From NCBI RefSeq assembly GCF_006345805.1, contig NC_043008.1:6510001-6574000 (forward strand): DNA of 64,000 nucleotides, written 5' to 3'. Under the pieces are notes generated by a model. That model was not told where the DNA came from and searched no databases. It saw only the letters and a list, made by a program, of their open reading frames with translations. This DNA is from Octopus sinensis (Eukaryota). This document shows, piece after piece, positions 23,121 to 37,650 of the stretch. The first letter of the stretch is position 1, and each line of letters opens with the position of its first letter. Made by a program: the position numbers and the translations under genes.

Positions 23121-24614
23121 ATAGCCTGATGGTAGTGGACCCTGCTTGTGTAGTCTGATGGTAGTGGGCAATGTATGAGGGGGGGGGGGTAGAGAAGGAG
23201 AGAGGAGTCAGTGGGAAGCATTTGAGAGGATTTGACATGAGACTAGTACACTCTGAGGAACAAAGGACAGTGTGTTGTTGAGAGAATCTGTGTGTGTGTG
23301 TGTGTGTGTGTGTGGTTAAGTGTATACACACACACACACACACATTTATATATATAGTAAAAAGGAGGAAGAGAGAAGAAACAACTGAAAACCCTTTCTT
23401 TGGATATAGTCTAAGATGTATCTGTTTGTGTGTGTGTGTGTAGAAAAGCAGTGCCAACCCAAATATTAGAGCAGGACTCCATTGTTGGCCACACATGGGT
23501 AACTGATGGAGAATGGTCAAGTATTTTCCGATTCTGAAATACAAGGTCAGTCTTTGATTATACAATTAATATGCATAAGATAAAAGATTAGATTGAATTT
23601 AATTCTCAGACTTTTAAGATGATTGAAGCTCATAATTAGAAGGTTGTTCCTCACCAAAGAATTCTGTGATAAATTATTGAAAACACGCAGCTGCTCTTAA
23701 AGAATTTTCGTTTTGTGATAGTGTTTAGTAAATTAGTATTTAAATAAAAATTGGAAATGTTTTATTTATCCATTTTCATGCTTAGATATTTAACTAGTTG
23801 GCATGAAATAGCAAGTGCTTTTATTTAGCTCCTGATATATAATATAGCTTTTATTTAGCTACTTCATAATAATATATATGCCTTATCGAGAATTTTAGGA
23901 TGTTCTTAACCTAGAAGTTAGGTGAAAATAATTGATAAAGAAATCAGTTCTTAGACATTATTGCTTCCTGGAATTTTTATTATAAAAACAAAACAGCAAT
24001 TTCTTTAATGGATTTTTCCGTTTATTTTCTTCTAAAAATTCAACATAAAATTCTCATATCAGGTTAAACAGACTCAAGATAAGGAATCTATTTCTTGCAT
24101 TTCAGCTTGTTTCATTTCTTTATTTTGGTTAAATTTCACATGGCATTAACTTCAGTTGTCTGACAGGAACTTATGTTTACAGCAGCAACTTTGGTAGCTC
24201 AGGATCAATAGACTTTCAGTTCAGCCATCCGTGACAAAATTTAATATAATTACCAGTTGGGATGTAAAAATAAATTGATCATCTTAAAGATACTAAGATT
24301 TAATTGGAAGAAGAATATTTTTAAACAAGGTATTTTTAAACACGGTGCAATTTGTTTTTAAATTTTTAAATAACTGAAGTCTTAAACATAAACAAAATAA
24401 CAACATAAACAACCAGAATATTCCGATATCAGCATGGCTTTGGCGCTATGGCTAACAGGTTTACTCTACAACAAAGCGGTTCTATGTTTGATTCCCCAGT
24501 CGAGTATCTTGGTTCCCTTATAGTCTCTGAGCAATATTTGGTGGACCGAAACTTGATAGAGGATCATCAGTCATACACATTTACACACACACACACATAA
24601 ATCATATATATATA

Positions 24615-24772
24615 TATGACGGGCTTCTTTCAGTTTCCATCTACCACATCCACTCACAAGGCTTTGGTCAGACTGATGCTATAGTAGAAGACACTTGCCC
24701 AAGGTGCCATGCAGTGGGACTGAACCATGTGGTTTGTTTGCAAGCTACTTACCACACAGCCACTCCTGCACC
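24615..24772 (-). mobile_element. Family B SINE, 5' half
   Basis: GACGGGCTTCTTTCAGTTTCC...GACACTTGCCCAAGG...ACCACACAGCCACTCCTG. Confidence 0.8.
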
Positions 24773-24859
24773 TATATACACTCATACACACAGAGACACA
24801 CACACTAATACACACACACACACAGAGAAGTGTGTGTGTGTCTGTATGTATAAACAGAC

Positions 24860-24965
24860 AGTATCATCATTATCATTGTTTAACATCTGTGTTCCATGCT
24901 GGCATGGGTTGAACGGTTCAACTGGGGTCTGGAAAGCCAGGAGGCTGCACCAGACTCTAGTCTAA
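24860..24965 (-). mobile_element. Family E 3' module fragment
   Basis: CATCATTATCATTGTTTAACATC...CCATGCTGGCATGGGTTG...GGCTGCACCAG. Confidence 0.7.
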
Positions 24966-25739
24966 TCTCGAAATTTTTCCACAGCTGATGTTGTATTTAA
25001 AGTGAATTGCTTATGGAAATTGCATTTACAGAGGTGTGTTTAACAATATTTAGAAATTAAAGTTTGTCATTATTAGTGCTGGCTAATCCTAGAGGACATC
25101 TTATGTCATAAATTGCAATTTTTGAATTACAAAAATATTGACTTTTGAAAACGTTTTTTTTCTTGCATTTTGCATCTATATCATTCATTGATATTTCATA
25201 CCCATTCACATTTGATACTACAGTGTCAAAAAACTAAGATGTTTACTATTGCAATTGAATAGAAAAGGATAAATATGCTTGTTTTTCAGTGATCCCAATT
25301 TGGTACTTTTCAAAAAATTTATCATAACTTCCAAAATAATTCACATATGAAGAAACTTTAATTACTATATATTATTTTAACTCCTAAGAGACCTGGCAAA
25401 GCCAAAAATATGAATAAATTAAATTGGCAGTTAATGGCTTAATATTTCCCCATAACCAGACATGTTTTCATGGAAGGCTGGAAACAGTAAAAAAAAACAC
25501 TGTTGTTTGCTAGTGTTTACAACTACCATGTACTTTCGAGACATGGAGGCAGCAAAGCACCCACTGCCACACATACAAGAGGGGCTTCTTTTATTTTTTC
25601 CATCTATCAAACATAATCACAAGGATTTGGTTGGTCTGGGGCTATAAAAGAAGTCACTTTCTTATGGTGCCATGCAGAGGGATTGAACCTCAGAAATATG
25701 TGGTTGAAAAGTAAGCTTCTTAAGCGCAGAGCCACACAC

Positions 25740-25897
25740 ATATATAGGTACAGACATACAGATATATATATATATAAAATACATACATATATATACCCAT
25801 ACATACTTAAATATGTATATACAGATATATGTGTACATACATATACACACACACATGTATATATAAGTATGTGTATTATATATGTATATATATATGT

Positions 25898-25940
<43 letters not shown>

Positions 25941-26115
25941 TATATACATATATACATATGTACATATATATATATACATATATACATATATACATATATA
26001 TATACATATATACATATATACATACATATATATGTATATATATACATATATAAACATATATATATATATAAATATATACATATATATATACAAACATATT
26101 TGTACACACGTATAT
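25740..26115. repeat. Compound (TA)n/(TACA)n tract
   Basis: Direct inspection; source of the Y/I-rich ORFs. Confidence 0.95.
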
Positions 26116-26629
26116 TTGATATTCTCTCATCTCTCTGCTTCTCACAGTCTCTCCTTTCCATTGCACCATATATTAATGTTGCATAGTGAAAGATTGTATC
26201 AAATTTGTTGGTATCTGATATTCTTTTCCTTTTATTCTCCTTTGCTACTAACCAGCTCTCCTTCTCCATCATTTCCTTCATTCTTGACATCCATCACTCT
26301 CTCACTATCACTCATCTATATCACTACCCATCACTCAAGCTCAACCTCCCCAACTCTCACTCTCAATCTCTCTCTCTTTCTCTCAGCATTTAAACTTGAA
26401 GCTACCATGTCTCTATTGAAAAACTACTTTTAGCAAATGTCCCCTCCCCCTCAACCATACTGTCATTTCACTCACATTGTAAAGCTGTTACCAAATGAAT
26501 GAAGATAATACAGTCAAGAGAACCCTTTATTGTTTTCTAGTTAAGGTCATGCCAACCTTGGTAGCGCTGGTGCTGAATGTTCAGAAAGACTTCCAATCAT
26601 AGAAGTCATGTCAATATGAGTAACATATG

Positions 26630-26805
26630 AAGGCAGCGAGCTGGCAGACATGTTAGCATGCTGGGCGAAATGCTTAGCAGTATTTCATCTAGTTTTACGT
26701 TCTGAGTTCAAATTCTGCCAAGGTCGACTTTGCTTTCATCCTTTCAGGGTTGATTAAATAAGTACCAGTTACGTACTGGGGTCAATATAAACGACTTAAT
26801 CCGTT
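26630..26805 (+). mobile_element. Family A SINE, 3'-truncated
   Basis: GGCAGCGAGCTGGCAG head through GACTTAATCCG; abuts an opposite-strand family B copy. Confidence 0.8.
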
Positions 26806-26807
26806 TT

Positions 26808-27122
26808 TTTGACCCCAGTACTTATTTTTGAAGCCTGGTATTTGTTCCATCAGTCTTTTTTGCCAAACCGCTAAGTTATGGAGATGTAAACACACCAACA
26901 CTGGTTGTCAAGTGGTGATGGGGGACAAACACAGACACGCACATAGATATATACATACATGTATATACGACAGGTTTCAGCTTCCATCAACCAAATCTAC
27001 TTACAAGGCTATGGTTGGCTCAAGACTAGAGTAGGTGACACCTGCCCAAAGTTTCACACAGTGGGATTGAACCTGGATTCATGTGTTTTGGAAGCAAGCT
27101 TCTTACCACACAGCCACTCCTG
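26808..27122 (-). mobile_element. Family B SINE
   Basis: CCAAACCGCTAAGTT...GGGACAAACAC...ACCACACAGCCACTCCTG. Confidence 0.8.
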
Positions 27123-27623
27123 ATGTGTGTGTGTGAGTCATTAAATGCCAATTAGTGTGGATGTATTATGAGAGGGGTGTATCATTACCGTATTCATCCT
27201 GAGAACGCTTCTCATATTTACATTTAACGAGATATCAATAACAGACAAGAATTGTCCTGCATCAGTGGTGGAACTGCTGTATCATGTGATTTCTGTATAT
27301 TTTACACCTCATCAGCAGCAGGCATCCACTAACCATATGCTGATCAAATTTCTCTTCCTCTGATATATATATATATATATATATATAAACAGTTAAATCT
27401 GCATTAAGTAGGATTTAAAGACTGCCTTTCACTAATAATACTGGCTCTGTTGTTAATATCTGATTTATACCCAGCCTGCTGGTCATTAGCAACACTGGTG
27501 ACTGAATAGTTGCTGTCAACCCCCCCCCCCCACACACACTCATATATACATACATGCATATAGAGAGGCAATTATATGGATAAACAAATTAAATATAACA
27601 GCTTGAGTTTAATATATAATATA

Positions 27624-28129
27624 CTAGCAGTATCGCCCGGCGTTGCTCGGGTTTGTAAGGGAAATAACTATATAAGCATTTTTAGAGAGTTACTTCCCTT
27701 ATAAATTCGGGCTTTCTTAGCCATTTTTGTTTTGGTGTCTTCAAGCCATGAAGTCGTTGTTCTAAAAGAACGCTGGTTTCCTTCACAACGCATTACAACG
27801 TTGATTTCTTTACACTCCCTTCCCCACAGCTTCACGAGGGAGGGAAGGGGGAGAAGCAAACAGGTGCAGCTGTGAGCGTGGACGCCAACTCCGCCGCCAT
27901 CGACATACGATGCATTTTATGCATTAAAATGGAATAAAAAATGATGTTAAATTATTTTTAAAATCGTAGACTCATCGTTGACGCGCGCTAATAGTCAGAC
28001 GGGCTCGATATGAATCACGACTATAAGATACCCGAATTTGGTTAAACTGCACCGCAAAATGTGGGAGGAGTTAGGAATCTAAATCGAAGGGGACAGACAC
28101 TCACACAACTAGAGTTTTATATATATAGA
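27624..28129 (-). mobile_element. Non-autonomous Helitron, copy 3, with a 216-bp insert
   Basis: Minus strand A|TCTATATATATAAAA ... CCCGAGCAACGCCGGGCGATACTGCTAG|T. Segment 27704-27919 is absent from copies 1 and 2. Confidence 0.85.
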
Positions 28130-28998
28130 TATATATATATATATGTGTATGTATATGTATGTATGTATATATTACCTCTGATGGTGCATATTTTTGCTGT
28201 TTAAAGACATCCCATCCATCTTTTTAGGGGTCTGATGAAACATGAGTGAAGGGTTGAGGATTTGTTTAAAAATTCTAAAGTCTTAGGTTCAATTGGCTTC
28301 TTGAGTAAGTTCCTCTACCACAGCCTCTGGTCAATCTGAACCTTGTGAGCAAATCTGGGCATGTGGAAACTGTAAAGAAGCCTGTCAGCTAGACTGTTCC
28401 TGTAATTAAAAAAATCCAGTTTTGCTCCATGTTGTGTTTACTCGTATTCTCCCCACAGAATCATTTTAAGGGTACCGATGTCCATGGAATACTCAGCCGT
28501 TTAAATAGTAACAAGCTGTATGTTCAATTGATCCAATAACTGAATGCTCATTGTCGAAACTGATGGAGGATCAATCATGTGATGTGACTTCCTTTTTCAT
28601 AAGAGTGTGATTTGAAAGGAATTTGGCTGTTATGTTTGGCATTGTCGAATAGACAGATGTAGTCTTAAAATATTATATTATTATCACTTTTACGCCTTTC
28701 ATTGTTCGTTAAGATCAGGACAACTTTATATGTTTATAATATTATTGTGACTGGAAAGGAAAAATTCTTTGTTTAGTTTACAAAAAAAGTTCTTTTAAAT
28801 TCTTTAAAAAACTGTGGATTTGGTTTGTGGTGAAATATTCGTTTTACTTTATTCAAGAATCTTTTTTTTTTTTCATCTAATCTGTTAGCAAACCTATTGT
28901 TAAACAAGATTTCTATTTCTTTTATTGGAGTATTATATCTGCTGTTGTACACTAAGATACAGATGTTTTTTGAAGGTGTTGGACCAAGAAGAGAGAGT

Positions 28999-29040
<42 letters not shown>

Positions 29041-29192
29041 CAGTGAGAGAGATATGGGGGGAAATGTCTGGATAGAGGGAATGAAAGCTTCTTGGAATAT
29101 GTATACATACATATATACTTATATATGTGTATATCTGTACGTATGTGTGTGTGTGTGTGTTTGGGAAAATGTTGCACAATTTATATATATAT

Positions 29193-29234
<42 letters not shown>

Positions 29235-30023
29235 CACACACACATATATATATTTATTTATTTATTTATTTATTTATTTATACAAGGGTGAAATTAAAAC
29301 AAGAAATTTGTAATAGATGAAAAAAAATTAAAATGTATGGTAGAGAGAGAGAGAAAGCGAGAGAGAGGGAAGGGTGGAGAGATCGGGGTGGGAAAGTATA
29401 CAGTTTATCTATCTGTGTGTATTTAGATTTGTGTATATAATCATGTGCGTGAGGGAAAGAGAAAGAGAAAGTAAAAGTCTGTGTGTGTGTGTGTGTGTAC
29501 ATACATGCACATATGTGTATAGTTTGAATAATCTACTACGAAACAAGACAAATATATGCACAGCTGTTAAGATATAAAATCTTGGTAGTGAAGAGAAAGT
29601 GGCATCAAAGTAGCTAATTTAGAAATATTAGTTTCTAAATCAGAAAGAAACATCAAAGAAGATTTTATGACAAAAAATATTGTTATTTAAGAGAGAGCTA
29701 AGACCTCCCAATTAAGTTAATGAAAAGCAAAAATTAAAGAAAATTAATCGATAACATAAAATATGTGTGTCTGGAAAGCTGATGGATGTATTGGAGAACG
29801 TTGGGCAGTGGACACTTGGGTGCTATAATATTAGTGACCACCACTATAAACTGGAACTGTTTGGCAATTGAGCATTGTTCCACTGAACGTTACAGTGGGT
29901 GGGAGGGGCCCTATTGATCTGCTGGAAATAACAGTTAAATCTTTAAAACATATTTTACTGTTTTAGAAGAGGAAAAGACAGCTTGTGTATTGCAAATAAA
30001 AAAGACCCCTTAGGTCATGAATC

Positions 30024-30638
30024 ATCATCGCCATCATCATCGTTTAACATCCGCTTTCCATGCTAGCATGGGTTGGACGATTTTGATGGAGGGCTGGCGA
30101 ACCAGATGGCCGCACCAGGCTCCAAATTTGATCTGGCAGAGTTTCTACAGCTGGATGCCCTTCCTAACACCAACCACTCCGATAATGTAGTGGGTGCTTT
30201 TTACATGCCACTGGCATGGGGCCAGTCAGGTGGTAATGGCAATGACCTCGCTAGAATCTTTTTACACATGCCACCGGCACAGGTGCCAGTAAGGTGACAT
30301 TGGTAACAATCACACTTGTTGACCATGGTATTGCATGTAGAAATTTCCTCTCTGAGGTATAAGTCCAGGCAAGGTTTCTTATAGAAGACCAGCAGTCGCC
30401 CATGCATACCAGCCCCTCCTTTCCACACCACTGATGTTGTCCAAGGGAAAGGCAAAGGGGCCGATACAGCTTGGGACCAGTGATGTTGCAACTCATTTCT
30501 ACAGCTGAGTGAATTGGAGCAACGTGAAATAAAGTGTCTTGCTCAAGAACATGACACACAGCCTGGTCTTGCAATCGAACTTACTACCTTATGATTGTGA
30601 GTACGACACTATAACCACTGATTCATGTGTCTTCACTG
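30024..30638 (-). mobile_element. Composite SINE: family D head + family E 3' module
   Basis: Head at 30490-30638, E module with TAGGAAGGGCATCCAGCTGTAGAAAC and (GAT)n tail at ~30024-30043. Confidence 0.8.
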
Positions 30639-30758
30639 CAAATAAGCTAAGATAAATTAATGGGATGGTCACAACTGGAGTGAATTTTCATTATAGTTTG
30701 GCTTGACCAGAGATCACCGAGAGCTAAAAAAATAACAATAATTTGTATTTTTCATTGT

Positions 30759-30823
<65 letters not shown>

Positions 30824-32580
30824 GAGATTAGTGAATAATGTGAAATTAAGTAAACTCTGGAATGAATCATGGACCATTTTCCCCAAACAATCGACAGACA
30901 TAGTAACATAACAAAGATTCTATTTTCTTTATATCTCGTCTTACATCAAAATTTCTCAGAAATCAGAAAGGTTGGTCGGCATCAAATTTTAAGTAAGACC
31001 CAAGTGTATACCACAGTCTTATGCAGACCAGAAATACTCTTCAATTATTCCTCAGATTAATTATTTTGAGTTTTTACATTTTCTCTTTACTTTATTTTTT
31101 TATCTTTTTAATAATAGTAAAGGAATGAATTTGTTGAAAATAAAAAAAATATTGAACAGGTGAATAGCTAAAAGGTAATTATTCTTATATGTTGTATTTT
31201 AAGGAATGATGCAGCACTGTTTATCAGAAGCTGTGAATGCTGGTGATGGTACGGTGTTTATCTGAAGGTACAAAATGAACTTCATCAAGTACAGTACAAT
31301 AATATGGTGTTTATCTACATATGTATATAATGCGATACAAACTATATATATACAGTTTAATGTCTTGTTCTGACTGAAACAAAGAGAATAGTTCTTGTCT
31401 AAGAATCAATGTGGTTTATTGATAGAGAATATATGTGTGAACATGAAGCACGATATAAGCCAGACAATCAATGTAATTTATTGGTCCAAGAATAATCTGT
31501 GAACATGGAACGAGGTATAAACTATAAAACCAATTGCAATCATTTTTGAACATGAAGGTTTAATGGTAGAACCAATTTCATTTAATGATGCTGACTTGTT
31601 GTAACCCAAATATTGAAGCACAACAACAACGAGTTATATAGTTTTACGAGACACAATAGATTATAGTTTGAAACTCTGCCAAAACTGCTGGGAATTCAGA
31701 TATAACAATTCTCTGGTTGGAAATAGATTTCTCAATAGGGACTGATTTGTAGGGAGTCGAAGTTGCAGTCAACCCCCCTCCCCCTCCCGACCTTCCCTGT
31801 GACAATGGTTCCTGTAATATTCTGTAATATTCTGTAATATTCTGTAATATTCAACCTATGAACTATTTTGAGTAGAAATTATGGTTCAGTTTGATTAAGA
31901 CAATTATGTTGAGTAATTATGTAGAAATGTGTATGAGTCACAAGGTCAACGACTTCTGTGGGAGACGAGGTAATGATCACTGAACTTTTCCCCACCCCTA
32001 ACCCCACTATTATTACTGGTACTTATTTTATCAATGTCAATGAGATGAAAGTCAAAGTTGGTAATGAATTTAGATCAGTAACAATGGAGTATGAACCGGC
32101 CTAACAATATAAAATATTAATAGTTTTCAGTTGAGAATCATGAATGAAATTAAGTGATGGTCAATCTGAAATATCAGAAGTGGTAAGATAACCAATATGG
32201 AAGAACAATTGCAGTCTTTTGTATAGAATCTATTGTGAAAGGTACCCATTAGAGGCTGATGGGTGTTTTATAACATCAGTAAATAGCAATCTGTCAGATT
32301 GAGTCTAGCAAACCTTTCACTGGCTAATGTGATTGTCTGTTTGAAAGTTATATCCTCAATACTCAAGATAATACAACATTAACAAGATATATTTATGACA
32401 GTTTAAGTTAGGATAATTAAATAACATTAAATTAATAAGTAATAAATAAATATATATTAAAGACACCTGAACTTGGAAATGATATAAATATACTATAAAC
32501 ATTTTTTTTTTAAACTTCTTTATTTTTTTTGCAAAACTTTCATTTATAAATGATTATCTCCTGGAGACAAGCCTAATTCC

Positions 32581-32651
<71 letters not shown>

Positions 32652-34718
32652 AATATATACATATATATTTATATATATCTTCTCTCTCTATATATATATA
32701 TCTACACATACTTACATACATACATGTATATATATATATATATATGTACACATACTTACATACATACATACCCATATATATATATATATATGTATAGGTT
32801 AAAATAGAAATGTTTATGAGATTGTGGTGTTTGTACCTTTATAGAGATTTCTAATAATATTAGTCAAAGGAGATGCTTCTAGTGAAGAACAGAAAGGAAG
32901 CGAACATCAATTTTATGACAGCTTATTCCACATTTTGACTCAAAATATGTTAAAGAATATTTTGATGCCAAAATCTAAATCTTTTGCATTTCAACCAAAT
33001 TCACAAATATTTTCATTCTCTGATACCAGTAATAGCATTGGATTTATAGCCAAAAGTGGTAACTAAGCTTGCCTTCCACGCCTTGCTGCAAATAGATGGA
33101 GCAAGTACAATTTCCATTATTGGTAATATATAAGTGTTTTATTGATTAGCAGGTTTACATTCCAAGTATAGCACAAATATAGCTGAGAGAGATGCTCTCT
33201 TATGTCAACAAAACGACTAATTACCTATGAATAGATTCACTCAGTTAAGAAAAAATATGTAATTGACTATATTAATCACATTCGCATCAATAAATACTAA
33301 TATCAATCTAGATGTCATTAAGAAATGTTCACGGTGTCCAAAAATATTTCAGTAGCTAAGATACTGAATGCTTCACATTTTAATCAAGTTTTCTCGATGA
33401 TCAGTTTTGCAAAATGGCAAAGCTAACTTTACAGATGCTTCATAAGTATTCAAGTAAACCACCAAACTTTAAGAAACAGTTATAATTAAAAAGAAAGCTC
33501 ATCAATTTTCATTCATTTCTCCATTAAATGAGCTTTTGTCCTTTGTTTCATTTTTTTTTCTTGTTCAGGATTCAAAATTTTAATTAATTCAAAAATATTG
33601 CAAAAGACAGGTAATTAAGTAAAAAGATTAAAAAGTTTAATAGAAAAATTATGAAGGCAACACACAAAATTCCATTCTATTTGATGTGTTTTAGTTAGTA
33701 ATAATACGAGGGAAATATGTCAGAAAAACGTTTATTTTCAATTTTCTTCATTTGGTCTCAATTATGGAGATGAAATGACTAATGCAACATCAAATAAGCT
33801 GATGTTTTTATATAGCTTCTAGTCAAAGAAGAGCTGTTACCTCAGGCTATTTAGAAGTCTCCTAACAAGTAAACTACCATAGAAAAAACATCTAAAAAAC
33901 AACCAGCAAGTTAGTTATATAATCTCAATACACACAACACACAGCATTCTTCTTTTAACAAGCATGGCACTGAAAACAAAGCAGAATTACCAAAGACGCT
34001 GAGGCAGTGATTTAAACCTTTCTTGTCAATGAGTTCTGGTATATTTATTTGACATGCTGATAAGAAACGGGGAAAATTAACATGTACGTTGCCGATCCAT
34101 TCATTAACTTTGCACCATGCTACCATTAATCAATGTCAAACGAAGTGCCAATTTATTGCCAATCAATTTTTGCAAAGATTATTATATTCAATATGTTTGT
34201 TGATCTTTATGGAGTTTCTTTGTGCTGTCTGTATTTGCAACAGTGGATGCACTCCAATCGATAATTCTCTTGCATCTACTTCAGAAGTTGTTATATTGCA
34301 ACAAAAGGTTACAAAAACTGGGCATCTTTGCCCCAGAAATATGGTTACTTGTTGCAAAGATCAGCATTGTGTAATGGGAAGAATTAAGCAAATGCAATAA
34401 CACCCAGTCTGTATGTTGGACAAAGAGAGAAATCTTTATCTAAATGTTTGCATTGCTAATCTCTACCAAATGTAATATTATAAAAGCCATTCCAGTGACG
34501 ATATTTATGAGAAATTTTTCAAAACATAATATTGAGCTACTAATATCCCTATCTCCACGCCAGTATTTAGAAGTTCATACAAGAGAAATGGAAGTGCAAA
34601 ACATTTATCGCTACGTCTGGTTTAAACCTCCTCCACCATCATGGAAATGCAGCCTCTCTGAAGTTAGATCCAATAAAAATTCATTAGTCTATTGCTTTTT
34701 CCCCACTCTTACTAATTC

Positions 34719-34943
34719 TTTATTGCCGACAAGGGGCTAAACATAGAGGGGACAAACAAGGACAGACAAACGGATTAAGTCGATTACATCGACCCCAGTG
34801 TGTAACTGGTACTTATTTAATCAACCCCGAAAGGATGAAAGGCAAAGTCGACCTCTGCGGAATTTGAACTCCAAACATAGCAGCAGACGAAATACCGCTA
34901 AGCATTTTGCCCAGCATGCTAACGTTTCTGCCAGCTCGCCACC
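34719..34943 (-). mobile_element. Family A SINE monomer
   Basis: Full head and body, flanked by an imperfect ~22-bp direct repeat TTTTTCCCC(A)CTCT(T)ACTAATTC (34696-34718 / 34944-34964) consistent with a TSD. Confidence 0.85.
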
Positions 34944-35419
34944 TTTTTCCCCCTCTACTAATTCCAGTTCATTGAGTGTGGCCATGCTGCAGTACTACAT
35001 TCAAGGATTTTAATCAGCTATATTGACCTCTAAGCAGTGTATGCATGTAAATATACTTCCAGTGGTAGGCCACTGTTTTGCACCTGAGTAATTAAGATTT
35101 CACTAAGGGCCACACCTTTAATAATAACCATTAATCATTTTCTAATTCTTTATAGAAACTTGGTCTCTGTCAGGTAGTGTTGCTAATATCACATAAGCAA
35201 CAGCAAATTATAATATCACATATTCAACATGTCAGACTTCTAATCCTACCAAATATTATGTAGAAATGATTAATTCCTTTACTCTAACTGTCCACCAGGG
35301 GACACCACATGTAACAGCATATCACAGTTTCACAGAAAACATGTTATGTTTTTAACGATAAATATTTGAAACTTTTCAGGAAAGTAATTTATAATTTAGT
35401 TTTCAGCAGCTTTGATTTA

Positions 35420-36200
35420 TATAATCACATGTACGTATGTATACATACATGCATGCATATATATATGAGTATGTGTGTGTGTGTATAATCACATGTACGT
35501 ATGTATACATACATGCATGCATATATATATGAGTATGTGTGTGTGTGTATAATCACATGTACGTATGTATACATACATGCATGCATATATATATGAGTAT
35601 GTGTGTGTGTGTATAATCACATGTACGTATGTATACATACATGCATGCATATATATGAGTATGTGTGGTGTGTATAATCACATGTACGTATGTATACATA
35701 CATGCATGCATATATATATATGAGTATGTGGTGTGTGTATAATCACATGTACGTATGTATACATACATGCATGCATATATATATGAGTAGTGTGTGTGTG
35801 TATAATCACATGTACGTATGTATACATACATGCATGCATATATTATGAGTATGTGTGTGTGTGTATAATCACATGTACGTATGTATACTACATGCATGCA
35901 TATATATATGAGTATGTGTGTGTGTGTAATCACATGTACGTATGTATATACATACATGCATATATATGTATGAGTGTGTGTGTGCATAATGACATGTATG
36001 TATGCATACATACATGCATGCATATATATGAGTATGTGTGTGTGTGTATAATCACATGTACGTATGTATACATACATGCATGCATATATATATGAGTATG
36101 TGTGTGTGTGTATAATCACATGTGCGTATGTATACATACATGCATATATATGTATGAGTGTGTGTGTGTGCATAATGACATGTATGTATGCATACATACA
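35420..36200. repeat. ~61-64-bp minisatellite, ~12-13 copies
   Basis: Unit TATAATCACATGTACGTATGTATACATACATGCATGCATATATATATGAGTATGTGTGTGTGTG; starts at 35420, 35484, 35548, 35612, 35673 and onward. Confidence 0.95.
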
Positions 36201-36288
36201 TGCATATGTCTGTGTGTATTTGCATGCAAGTGTATGTGAATATGAATGTATACATAAATACATATACATGTGTGTGTGTGCTCATGTG

Positions 36289-36362
<74 letters not shown>

Positions 36363-37289
36363 CGTACCTTCTATTCTGCACAGAAGTATCAAGCATTTTA
36401 AATTTTGAAGAAAATATATTTTAAAATTTAATCTTTAGCATCCCGCAGGCAGCTGTTATTAGAAATGTTGTTGTTATTGTTGTTGTCATAAAACCTTAGC
36501 GTTTATTTTATTAGAAATATTTTTGGGATAAACCTTTTAACACTCAGGAAATCATTTTCCCAAAGCAATGCCGATTCATTTTCTTCATATTGGAATCTAC
36601 ACATTAAAAGATTATTCTTTAATAATTTTAAAGGATTTTAGCAGTTGCACTTAATGTAATCTTGATTTCAGTTTTGTTTTTGTGAATTCTTCATTCCTTT
36701 TTTTTAAATTGCCCATCTCTTATCTCTTTAAAATATTATTCTATGTGGAATTGTCAAATTCCATAAACAGTTGTCGGGTTATAAATTATCTAAACTTTTA
36801 GTTATCATTATGTAGTCAGAAAAACTTATAAATTGAAACAAATATACTTTTAAATACAAAATAAACGAAAATATGGAAACGTATGGAGTTAAAAGGTCTG
36901 GGGAATGTGAGTGAAAACGGTTTTTTAATCTGAAAACATTATGAAGATAACATTCTACTTGACATCCAGTATGATAATTTCATTCACATCTATTATGCAC
37001 TGTTGTAATTTAAATCTCTCTACTAGAAGGTTGGTTCTGTATTTTATTGATCAAAATGGTAGAAAGTTAAAGTTGACCTTAGTGGAATCTGAACTATAAA
37101 GAGCCATACTTAAATAGGTGCCATAAGGCAATTTTGGCTTATGATTGAAGAGTTCTGCTCATTCACATATTGGAAACTCAAGTTTTAAGTTTAACGCTGA
37201 CCAATTCTTTTATTAGAAATCATACAAAGTCACTTTTGTATCAAATTGTATGACTCTCAGCATTTCATTCTTGTTGTAATATTAGTTTC

Positions 37290-37650
37290 AAATTTTGGCA
37301 CTAGGCATGCAATTTCATCGACTCCAGTATTTTACTGGTACTTATTTTAAGGGCAAAAGGCAAGTTTGATCTTGATGAAATTTTAATTCAGAATGTAAGG
37401 ACAGATGAAAAGCTAAGCATTTTGCCTGACCTGCTAATGACTCTGTCAGCTCACCAGCTTCATTCTAGTAGTAATATTGTTTTCTGCTAGCCCTTTTAGG
37501 GAGATGGGTTAGTCAATTACATTGACCCCAGTACCGAAACCCTAAAGGATGAATGGCAAAGTTGACATTGGCAAAATTTGAACCTGGAACAAAGAAATGC
37601 TGTCAGGAATTTTGTCCAACATGTTACTCATTCTGCCAGCTCACTCTTTT
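37290..37650 (-). mobile_element. Two decayed family A SINE remnants
   Basis: Degenerate AAAGGCAAAGT.GAC / GGTACTTATTT / CTGCCAGCTCAC motifs. Confidence 0.55.

Noticed and set aside
23506-23545. Possible first coding exon MENGQVFSDSEIQ with AAG|GTCAGT donor
   Set aside because: Only 40 nt, weak start context, no recognisable peptide or partner exon; undecidable without RNA-seq.
25607-26433. Y/I/H-rich ORFs up to 227 aa (also 35553-36424, 39089-39448, 42396-42746, 47943-48718)
   Set aside because: Translations of (TA)n/(CA)n tracts and minisatellites, which lack stop codons by composition.
32860-34690. Possible decayed hAT or other DNA-transposon coding region
   Set aside because: Only vague peptide resemblance, with stops in all frames and no TIRs located.
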